A DNA stretch of 64,000 bases from Epithemia pelagica. Taxonomy: Eukaryota; Protista; Bacillariophyta. The DNA is taken from the NCBI GenBank assembly GCA_946965045.2, contig OX337228.1:4526001-4590000 (forward strand). The letters are read 5' to 3'. Positions 45,001 through 55,377 of the stretch are shown one piece after another; position 1 is the stretch's first letter, and the number at the start of each line of letters is the position of its first letter. Below the pieces are notes generated by a model. The model did not search any database and had not been told where the DNA came from. It saw only the letters and a list, made by a program, of their open reading frames with translations. The translations under genes and the position numbers were made by a program.

Positions 45001-48000
45001 GAACGGATCATTCCCCAGTCTGACGTTTATACTGGCTTTGATGCCAATTTGAACTGCTCAATTGGTTCCCAGTACTTCGAAAGCCAGGAAGGTGTATGGA
45101 AAGATTTTCTACTCAAACCATGGGAATTCACCATCAGAGGTGGCAGAGGACCGAACCCAAGAATGAAAACTGACAGACCGAGTACGTATGTTGATGTCGA
45201 GGCATTCCCATGTCACGTTTGCTTTTCCGAAGAGTTTCTCTTCAACCTGGCGTCGGCTAATCGAATGTGGACTGTGTATTCGATGGCGACTTCGAGTCTA
45301 TCACAAGCGTTAGCCGAGGCTCCTCCGACAAGCAGCGGCACGGGGCAAGCTACGACAATGAATACCCCCAAACCGACTGAGGCGCGACACGCGTTAAGAG
45401 GAAATCCCAAAACCGCAAGCCTCAAGCGCAGTATGGCAGCTACTGCTGCGAGGACTCTTGTCACAGCCCTTCCGTATGCGTTGGAGAATAATTCGGGCGT
45501 TCCTGTTGATTTCAAGATTGTTGGGACGGACAGTAAGCCCAGGCCTTGCCCAAATGGATCAATCGAATACTTCCGATTCTCACCACCAAAGTCTAAGGGG
45601 ACCGGGGGTAAAAGGCTATACGGTCAAGATGTGACCTATTCAAAATGTGTCAGCGTCCGTGTTTCAAAGTGTTGGATAGACATTGATAGCATTGACGACG
45701 AAGGTGGTCTGCGTCTTCACTCACTCGACAATGGTGGTATCATTTTTACCCAAATTCTTAAAGAAGGGAAAACAACGGCAAGTATGCTCTGTCCGTAACT
45801 TTTTCTACTTGTTACAGCATCTTACCCGCTTCCTTTCAGGTTGTTCAAGTTTCAAGTGGAATCCATATTCACGGGAAAACATCTATTCCCATAGAGGTTC
45901 GAATGCCTTGTGGCCATGGAAGTGATGATGTTGAAGTTGTTGGATCATGTGGACCTGGATGGCTTTCCAAATCTAAGTTGTCGATTCTTCAAGATGGCAA
46001 GTATACAAGACAATCTTCAAAGCTGGGACTCCCTTTTCATACCGCTAGGAAAGCGTTTGAGACCAATGATGGGAGGTTGGCTTTTTTCATTTCGATCGTT
46101 CCCAATATTCGATTCAGTGGAAGCGATGACTTCGAGCTCAAAGGAGAAATCAGATTTACTTTGAATCACAACGCGTTGCATGGAAGTGAACCACGCCAAA
46201 TCCTACATACTGAAACTGTCTGTCGCCCCATCTCGCGCGATGGAGATCCAGGACAAGCAGGAGTCGGGATTGATTCCTTCGTTGTTCAAGTTAGAGTGAT
46301 TGGCAGGTTGGTGGATCAAATGCATCCTTATCTTGATGTCTTTGTGGAACCTCGAGCTCTGATAGAGAACAAGCTTCCGATACCAATAAATATTCGGACA
46401 CCAATGCCCCAAACTTACAGCAAAAGATGCGTCAACGACAACAAAGGCTCGACACATGAGTTGGATCCAGATGAGAGTATGGAGATCTACACTATGAGTC
46501 AATCGGTTGCAGTATCTGTGAAATGCGCTGACAACCCTGTTGGTGGTACTCCGACTGGGTGGATTGAAGGGACTTGGGTTGATCTCCCTCTGAAGTCGGA
46601 ATATCGATTTCCAGTTCCACAGAGATGTTGCTTCCCCTTTAGGAGTTATTCTGGAGCTGAATACAACATCCCTGGTGGTGCACAATTCCTCATTGTTGAT
46701 GGTCATGCTGCCTTATCTAGGCTTTCGTCTGGAGACAAAGAAGGGAAAAGCGATTCACAAAGTCTCAATATTGGCTTATCTGAGTCAAGGGATGAACTTG
46801 TGAGAACCTTTTTCATCACTGTCGCCAACTATGCTGTAGACCACACTGGTTCCGCACTCTTTGCCCAGGTTGAAAATGCCTCCGGTAGTCTCCGGACAAG
46901 CAAAGTGGCTGGGGTCGCCAAGCCAGATCCAACTCCGATTGGAGCGTACAAATCAAATCGTCACTTTGGTAGAGTCTCTCTACTACCAGAGTCACACGAA
47001 CAAGTACAGTTAATACATCTCACAATGGAAGGCGATGTAGGGATGCGAAGAAGCAAACCATTCCATATCGGAGAAGTCTCAATCTGTGACGGAGGTGTAA
47101 ACTCTACGGCTATTGTGTGGCAAGAGGATGGCAGTCCGTCTGGTTTCTTTGCTTACCAAAAGTTAATAAACACATACCAGGCGGAAATTCATGTCATACC
47201 AGAATTTATTGTGTTCAACGGCAGCAAGAAATTCATTGTCAGGGTTAAGCAACCCAAAGGAGCAGATGCGTTGATAGAACCTGGAAAAATTGCTCCGCTA
47301 CAAATGGCCTCGCGACAGCGTGCAATTATATCTGTGTCTTGGTTGGATTTCGACGGAGCCACGTCACCTCTAAGCGTCGACCGTTTAGGTTTACGAATTG
47401 CTATTGTCCGAACGGCTTCAGGGCTCGCGATTGGCAGCTTGGCAATACAAACGGTCGTTGGATCAAGCGACTCAAGGCTTGTCGTTAAGCTTGCGGATAT
47501 TCGACTAGGATCAGAAGCTCGTCATACTCTTGCTCCGAGCATCAGTGATTGCATGCTAGACAAAGATTTCCTGAGGTTCAGAATTCAATGGTCGGAGCTC
47601 AAAGTAACTCTCAATGAAGCAAGATCTGTTGTGGGCAAGAAGAAAGCTTATATTGAATCTGCACTTGACAATATTGCGCATCAACAGGGCGCCGATCCCA
47701 ATTCTCGCTTCACGTCAGGAGAGACATCCGAGGTTGGACAGACTTGGATGGAAGCGAGAAGTGTGCGCAACAAAATCGCAGAGGACAAGGGTAGAAACGG
47801 ACTTGATGCTGTTTGCACACTGGCCCTCCAGCAATTTACCGTCGACTGGCAACGTGTCTTCAAAGAGGAACCGGAGCCAAGTGCCCTTCGATCAGACAAG
47901 GAAAGAGTTCAGTCACAGGAGCGGTCTCAACTATCGATTATCATCCACAAGATTCGAATAACGGACGAGACTCCTGGGTCTGCTGCACCTGTTGTTTTGG

Positions 48001-49346
48001 ACTGTAACTCGGACAATGCGAGCTTCTTTGATCTCTGTGTTCGGGTTAAAGGGCCCCTCGACGCTGAGCTTGTAGAAGTGTCGGTTTTCGATCTTAATTT
48101 GGCTTTTTCTCGCGGGAAAGCGGAGCGGATTGTTTTGTGTACAACGGAGAGTTTTGCATGGAAAGTTCTGGATGTATGTGATCAAATAATTGGGGCTGCG
48201 GGAGAGATATCAGGCTTTGAGTTAGACCTGGCATGGGATGAAGACAATGGAGGTTACAAAGTAGTGCAACTAGCATCATCCGTGGACGAATCTTCAAGAT
48301 ACACCCCTCCAAACAGTGAGAAGTTGTACGACATTCGAGTAGCACGGGTATCTCCCTTTGTGGTCCTTCTAAGTTTTGCCCGAACGCCGGTGAAGGCCAA
48401 GTATACTCCTATGAAAAATGGGAAAAATGCTGCCCTTATGAACTACTTCACTCAAAGACTTCAGTTCAAAATAGATCGCGCTGAACTGAAGTTTGCTCAT
48501 TACGAAGCCAGGAACATCAGGGGCCCAATTGACAGGGTTGTTGAAATGATCACAACTGTGTACATATCGCGCATGAAACTGCAGTTTGTCACGTTGATGA
48601 CAGCCATAAGTGTACAGGATTGGAAGTTTCTCGCTGCCCGCACTGGTGGAGACGATGAATTTGTGGATGGCGACCTCGTCCGAGCTGCTGGAAATCTGGC
48701 TGGAAACACAGTGAATTATGTCCTGAAAGGATCGGGTCGAGGGATAGAATCAGTACTCAAACGAGGCTCGAGCAGTCTGGGTGCAGGAATTGAAAGTGCA
48801 GCTACGAAAGTTGGAGCTGGCGCGCTTGGTTCTAGTGTTAACAGTGTCGTTTCAGGAGTTGGTGGTGGCGTTGGAGAAGCCATGTCTGGAGTTGGGTCCG
48901 GTGCGGGACATGTCGTGAAAGGTGTTGGTCGTGGGGTCGGACAAGTAGTTGGTGGAGGTAGGTCAGTTGAACTATGGGATCAACATGCTCCAAAGTGCGA
49001 AAAGTAGAACTCACACCGTTACTTTTTGGCAACGACGACAATGCCAGTCACTGGTGGCGCTTCTCTCATGGTTAGAGGGACAGCAAAAGGAATAAAAAAT
49101 GGAGACGGGAAAGCAATCGCTTCGAGTGTCGTGGACGGTGCGAAATCGGCAGCACAAGGAGTTGGTCAAGGAGTCAGTTCAGTTGTGGTGGGAACGGCTG
49201 ACGGCGTCTTCTCTGTGGGAAAAGGTCTCTTCTCCGGTGTACGAAGCGTAGGTGTTGGTGTTGTAGGGGCCGTTCGAACGAAGAAGAAGAAGAACAGCCT
49301 AGATGGTTCATCGTCGTCAAGACGAAGTACGGGAGGAAACAACTGA
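39016..49346 (+). CDS. VPS13: VPS13-family bridge-like lipid transfer protein (~3390 aa)
   Basis: Chorein N-terminus (LEKTIGKYVLNLDANSLNVAIWSGKIEL), VAB/SHR-BD-type repeats, Gly-rich ATG2_C-like end. Introns at 45778-45839 (GC-AG) and 48958-49047 restore one frame. Confidence 0.92.
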
Positions 49347-49863
49347 AGCAACTCCTAAAGGATCAAAACAAACACATATTTTAGGAGTAGTTGCCAAGAG
49401 ACGGCTGATCAGTTGAAGGTACGTTGTCTACTCCGTCCCAGCTAGAGGACGTTCCAGGATATTATACTGAGATATTTCAGTGTGGTCCGATGTCCGATAG
49501 CTATCTGGAGCTAGGAGCTAGGAGTACCAGAGAAATGTAAAGCGACCGAATGGCGGTCATTCGCAATGAGACATGGCACGTGGGCCTTGGGTATGGCATA
49601 AATATCATGCAACGATCGAACCGTTATGACATACTCATTCTTCTAAGTAACATAATTCGAAACACGATAAAGACTCACGGACGGTCGGTCTGTCGTGCGT
49701 TCATACCATCTGTATTAATGGTACAACGTACAAGTACAACGTCTATAGATCCGGGGAGAGCCAGCGTGTCGGCATTTGACGTGCGGCGTGCTCCGATTTT
49801 TCAAGTCGGCAGTCTGCTCTCCGATCGCTCATCTCATCAATTTTACTTTTCTCTACGACATAC

Positions 49864-49935
49864 ATACAACAACAACCCCAACAAGAACAAGCCCAACAAC
49901 AACAACACCAACAACCCCAACGACCCCAACAACAG
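49864..49935. repeat. Imperfect (CAA)n microsatellite
   Basis: ACAACAACAACCCCAACAAGAACAAGCCCAACAACAACAACACCAACAACCCCAACGACCCCAACAACAG; no ATG-linked ORF supported. Confidence 0.8.
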
Positions 49936-50160
49936 CTTTTGTTTTCGCTTTTCCACGCCATCGGAACTTGTGTTTTCCATAAAGGAGCATGTTTAGGTAG
50001 CTGAGAATATTGCATCTGCGACGGACATCACTTCTTCTGTATGTGCTTCACTGGTCAAATTATCATCTGGGCATCGATATTGGCTTTTCGATCCTAAAGG
50101 ATTGGGATTGGCTGGAATACACAATTTGAAACCCTTCACTGCATAGGACAGATCTCCATT

Positions 50161-51360
50161 ATGGCCGAAACTGCAACGACCAACCGTCAGTCGCTATCTC
50201 AAATACCGGTTTATATTCCCCACGATGGTGGACCAATCGAACATTTGACCACACCAGATGAGTCATCATCGATTTATCATGGTGATACTTCGTTGAACCA
50301 GCCACAACACCCTTCTCATAGTGCGTATCCCGCTGGGTCGGTGCAACGTCGCTACTTTGAACCTCATCCGCCCAACAGTTCTATGGTTTTACCAGTGCCA
50401 CCGTTGGAGATGGAACCTCCACCAGGGACACCGGAATGGAAGAAGCGCAAAGGATGGTTCAAGAATACTCGGACGCACCATCGACTGGCCAACCAGCACC
50501 AAGATCAAAGTAATCAGGAACATTTGGATGGTAGCGATGTAACGTTCTATCGTGGTGGTCCAATGGCAATGTTAGAACAGACAACATTAATACCAGCCGC
50601 TCCACTTTCATCTTCAACAAATGGACAGGTTGAACCAGCTTCTGTCACTCTGAGGAAAAGCGAAGATAATTTAGATTCAGCGTCCACAACACCAAAAAGA
50701 CATTACGCAATGCAGCAAGAGCCAGAACCTGGGAATGCACAGCCACTCCAACGAATTTCCTCAATGATGACAAAATCATCAACGGATAGTCTGCTGGATT
50801 TTGACGAATCAGAATGGACACCTGCTGATTCTTCCTATGGTGCGGCCATTCCCGTCATGGGATGGATCCCCAAAAAGATACGACGGATGATAGAATACAG
50901 TTTAATTGGTGTTGGTGTCCTACTACTGGTCTATTTGGTTGTGTTCACGTCCCTTCAAATGACCGATGGACAACAAAACTCCGACAGCAGCGGCAACAAG
51001 AAAAATGACGGAGGACTCAATTTGGACGACGATCGGTATGTGCCAGCCCACAATTACAATGACGACCAATACGCATCGTACAACTACTATAATATGTCAA
51101 GCAACGACGACGACTACAACCAGCAACAACAAAGATATTCCAACGACGATCAAGGCGGTGGTTATAATCGAAGATATTACAACTACAACGACCAGGCCGC
51201 TGTGAACGATGACAATTATGGAGAACGGTCTTTGAGATATGTCACATCCACGACAAAACCTAGAAAAAGAGTAGGGTTGGCGGAGCGAATCGAGTCGGCG
51301 TTCCGCTACGGTCGACAAAGAACGATCGATGACCCAGACGAGGAGGATACGGAGACTTGA
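50161..51360 (+). CDS. Single-pass membrane protein with N/D/Y/Q-rich C-terminal region, unknown function
   Basis: 399-aa ORF with one TM segment (YSLIGVGVLLLVYLVVFTSL) followed by NDD/YYN-rich sequence. Confidence 0.7.
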   Translation: MAETATTNRQSLSQIPVYIPHDGGPIEHLTTPDESSSIYHGDTSLNQPQHPSHSAYPAGSVQRRYFEPHPPNSSMVLPVPPLEMEPPPGTPEWKKRKGWFKNTRTHHRLANQHQDQSNQEHLDGSDVTFYRGGPMAMLEQTTLIPAAPLSSSTNGQVEPASVTLRKSEDNLDSASTTPKRHYAMQQEPEPGNAQPLQRISSMMTKSSTDSLLDFDESEWTPADSSYGAAIPVMGWIPKKIRRMIEYSLIGVGVLLLVYLVVFTSLQMTDGQQNSDSSGNKKNDGGLNLDDDRYVPAHNYNDDQYASYNYYNMSSNDDDYNQQQQRYSNDDQGGGYNRRYYNYNDQAAVNDDNYGERSLRYVTSTTKPRKRVGLAERIESAFRYGRQRTIDDPDEEDTET

Positions 51361-51643
51361 GCTGTCTGTAGATACACTGATGTGATATCAGGCCCATTCC
51401 TCTGGTTATTTTGTGGCGAAACGACTACAATCTCAATTGTGATATTGGTGGATAACTGAGTTCCATTTCAGTTGTATTGTAGATGTTCACCGCTCTGACG
51501 GGATCCGCCAGTCTTGAAGAAGATTGAGACTTCAGAAGTCATAGAAGCAGATACCGCATTAACAACGCCGTAGCTGCTTTGAACAGCTTTTAGACTTTGC
51601 TTTTTTTTTTTAATATGTTACTGTCTATGGTAAAGTGGGACTC

Positions 51644-54600
51644 CTAAGCGGTGAGTTCGCAAAGGAGTGGGGCTGTGTCCGTGGCAGTGATGAACTGTGC
51701 CATTGGAGCCGGGGAGTAGATCGGAGTGACGGGTGCAAAACATGGTGTTGCCAGATTTTGCAATTGTGTGATTCGAGTTTTTCGAATGGATTGGTGATGT
51801 TGGATCGCTGTGATGTTGTTGTTGGCGTGGTTGGCCAGTGCCGATATTATTGCATGTCCCAGTGAGGCTTTTGCAAAGTGTCCGATTGTGTATATGTTAG
51901 CTTCGGGATAGCTAAACTTTTTTGTGTTTTTGTTTGCCTTTGTAAGCAGGTTGTTTGGGGCTTCGTTTAGTTGTTGGAAGAGTGCGTACGCCGCGGGATG
52001 TGATTTGCTTCTCTTTTCGTCTTTTCCGAAAAAGGGATTATTCCATGGCGGGGGTTCGGTTGTTGATAAGGTTGGGTGGCGATATTCTGATGGGAATAGC
52101 AGGGTATCGGCAAAGGATCCCAAGGAACCAAGGTGGTCGACGGTGAATGGTAAGAGATAAACTCCGTTGTGGAGCAGGTGTGTTGCTGTTTGTGGATCCC
52201 GACAGAACTTAGCCCTTGCTGCCTCGTGATGCGCCCTTGATGCCATTGTGGCTATTGTTTTGTGGTCGGACGGGTCGTGGATTGGCAAAGGTTGTTGAGG
52301 TGGGGGAATGGTGATGTCTATTGCCACATATTGAAAGTGGTCGTGGCGGTGTGGCTTGCGGAGGAGCATCCCGACATCGGCGGGCCGTATGTTTCGCTCG
52401 TGTTGCGGAGCCAAACCAGGTGGCTCAACCTGGACGTCGTGGGTGGTTTCGACTGTTCCAGCTGCTGGTGCGAGTTGTCTTAAGACGTCAAATAAGGTGT
52501 CTCAAATTGCATTCGAAAGGGCTGTTTTAGAAGCGGAGGTGCATGAGAACAAATGGTCTCCCAGAGGGTCAATTGTCTTGGTCTTCGAGCAGCGACATTT
52601 CTGTGGCCAAGACTGTGTTGGATCATTCACGAACAAGGGGAGCCGCAATTTTCTTTTGATTGCCGTTTGGAATACTTTGTTTGGATAGCGAAATTGTGTT
52701 GCTGTCAAGGGAAGAGACAGTGCCAAACTGGTGAGAGGCGACAATAAACCGGGGAGGAAGGCTCGTTGTTCTGGTTTGGTGTGTCTCTTGAGGTTGCTAA
52801 GGCGATAGCCCGTGCCGTTTGGGTTAGCAATCTTGGGTACGCCGATGTGGCCGCTTGTTGATAGCCGAGGCCGCCGAGGCGTTGTGGCATTGCCGCAATG
52901 AGGCAAGCCGAAGTGCTGATCTCTGTTTCGGGGAGCGAGGTGAGTTCTGATAGAAAACGTGTGACGATTTTTTCTGTCTCTAACGTTGTTGGGCTGGACC
53001 AAAGCGTCGTTCTTGGATTTGTTGTTGCGTGTGCCAGGTTGACGTCTGATGGTAGCAGGTGTAACAGGGACGATACCATGGTGAATTTGAAAAGGTTGTG
53101 TTTGGTTTGGAGGTCGGGCAGTTGCAAGAAACAGTCTAGTTTGTGATGCATCTTTTTCACTTTGTTTTGGATGTATTGTTGGGCGAATTTGCTAGAGCCT
53201 ATAGGCTGTCCGAGAAATCGTACCCCGTTTGTGATCTCGGCTTTTGCCAGGTCTGCGGGAGAAAGGAACGACAGCGCTTGTTCGAGGCACTGTTTGTCGG
53301 TTGGGTCTAGAGTGTCTGGGGATGTACCGTCGGTGGAGGTAAGAATTGTTGTTTTGTTTTTGTTCAAAATGATTCCCAAAGGCTGACCGAGTGCTTCGAA
53401 ACGTTTTAGGAACCATGGGACGTCGCAGTGGGGCAAACACACTGACGTGTCATCCATGATGGATGCAGTGTGTCCTATTCCACCCATTTCGTCGTCGTGT
53501 GGGTTGTTGTTGCGCTGTCGTTGTTGTGCCCTTTTGGCTTGTTCTTTGTTCAGCTTGTTTGTTAAGGCCAGTAACACGAGACAGGAGAATAGCGGGCTCA
53601 AAGGGCAGCCCTGTGGGAACCCTTCTTCTTGCCGTAAAAACTGTGCTTGTTTGTTTTCGTCGAAGTACCATTGTTTGCAGGTGTGTTGTGTTAACAGGTC
53701 AAACAAGGGGACCAGTGGTGTTGTTTCTTCGTGTTCTAACAAGATTTTTCTTGCTTCGGTTCTGCTCACATTATTGAACATATTTGTTAGATCTAGCATG
53801 ACCAGTGCACGGCTTGGCGGTCTCGTCTGGCTGTCGGTTGTTGTTGGTGTTGTTGATGAGTCTGTCGTTGTCGTCTGGTTGTCGGTTGTTGTTGATGTTG
53901 TTGATGGGTCGGTCGTTGGTGGGTTTCGGTCGATGTATTGTCGCACTGCCATGGCCGTGGTTTGGGCTACAAAGTCGACTCCCCCGGGTACTTGTATGCC
54001 GTACTGGCCTCCTTGGAGCATGAGGGGTTGAATGGCATCGGTAAGGTGAACCAGGGCTGTCTTGGCCGCCACTCTTCTGATGGCTGTTCCAATCCCAATT
54101 GGTCTTAGCCGTTCCAGATTGTTCATGTCTTTGTGCAGAGCAAGAAAGTAATTGCTTGCGAGAATTGGTTGGATTGTTGTCGGTACTTGGGCAGTCACTA
54201 CGAGTTGGATGAGTGACTTGATGTTGCGGAAGTACGGTCTTGTTGCATCCGGCGCTTTTGTTGTCTTGTGGAGGGCCATCGACACGATTGTGTCGATGCA
54301 TGTGGAGAACGGTCCAGAGGCCGTCCCCGGTGTCATCTGCCGCAGTGCTCTTTCGAAGGATTCGTCTGTGAGCTTTAAGTACTGTGCTGCTGGGGGTCCC
54401 ATTGTTGATTGACCATGTGATCTTGTTGACGGGGGTGGTCGTTGTCTTTGTGGGAAGAGTTCGTTCTGGCAACGTTCGACTCTTGGTGCGGTCAATGTTG
54501 CTGGTGGTGTGTTTGTTGTGAGTCGTTTGACTGCTGCTCGGTAATTGCCAAGGTCGGCTAATTGTTGAGCTGAGTTGAGACGCCATTGTGGCAGTTGGTC

Positions 54601-55377
54601 GGACTGAGAGGAGTGATGTTGTTGTTGATGTCGTTGTTTCTGTTTTTTCTTGTTGATTGCTCCCTGTTTCGGGAGTGGTGTTGGATTCCAGATTATGTTG
54701 TGGAGCTCTTCGAGTCTGCCGGTCTTAAACCAGGAGAGCCGGGCTCGAAAGGCGTTTGCATAGGTGAGGTGCACTGTTCCTTTGATTGGTGCCAGCAGGA
54801 GGGACTCTAATAGAATTAACAATTTCCAAAAGGGACTGGCGTCGATGTCGTGTTGTGGTGGTCTGTCATCCTTCAGGACCGAGGGGGACAGGGGTGGTGT
54901 TGCTTCAAGGATCCAAGACACAACCGTGTTGTATGTTGTGTAAAATTCTGCTTTGATTGGAGGCTTTAGTTTGTGCCAGATACTTCGGCGGAATGGTGGT
55001 GGTGAAAGCTGCAGTTTGTTCAGATAAGCTAAGCTATCTTTCCATTGTCTCTCATTTTCTGGTTGAGAATGTCGGTAGGTTTGTAGGACTAACTGGAGGT
55101 TTGTTTTCGTCCTACTATGTTTTTTTGTTACGTGTTGTCTTAGATGCCCTTCCGTAGTGAAGATGGCTGTGGGCGTGTCGCATTTGGGGCCGCATGGATG
55201 AAAGCCGTGTTGGTTGCAGTATTTGGGTGTGAGGTAGTCTGTTGGGTGAGTTTCGCTGTGCTCGGTGATTAGGTGTTCCTTCAGGGAGGCATGGGGGTTG
55301 GTTGATGATGATGGCACCGTCCATGGGCAGTCGGGTACTGGACAGTGTCGGGGAGTTTTTTTCTTTCGTTCACTCAT
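51644..55377 (-). pseudogene. ORF2: C2H2 zinc fingers, reverse transcriptase and restriction-like endonuclease (disrupted)
   Basis: CPVPDC...HLITEH; CGPKC...HVTKKH; LRPIGIG; LDLTNMFNNVSR; EGFPQGCPLSP; SIMDD; FLGQPIG; GGLG; RKLRLPL...CRC...DHLFSC; RPAD...DITI...E..K...PFTVDHLGSLG. Frameshift near 52800 and TGA at 52502-52504. Confidence 0.9.

Noticed and set aside
49550-50015. Asn-rich, Cys/Trp-rich or Thr/Pro-rich ORFs over the (CAA)n tract
   Set aside because: All frames are open because of the microsatellite; no domain or splice support.
51360-51600. Flank of the RLE element as U2/SL/snRNA target or hammerhead ribozyme
   Set aside because: Only a short GTATCTG match to U2. CTGATGTGA...CGAAAC at ~51378-51423 breaks the CUGANGA core and lacks the stems.
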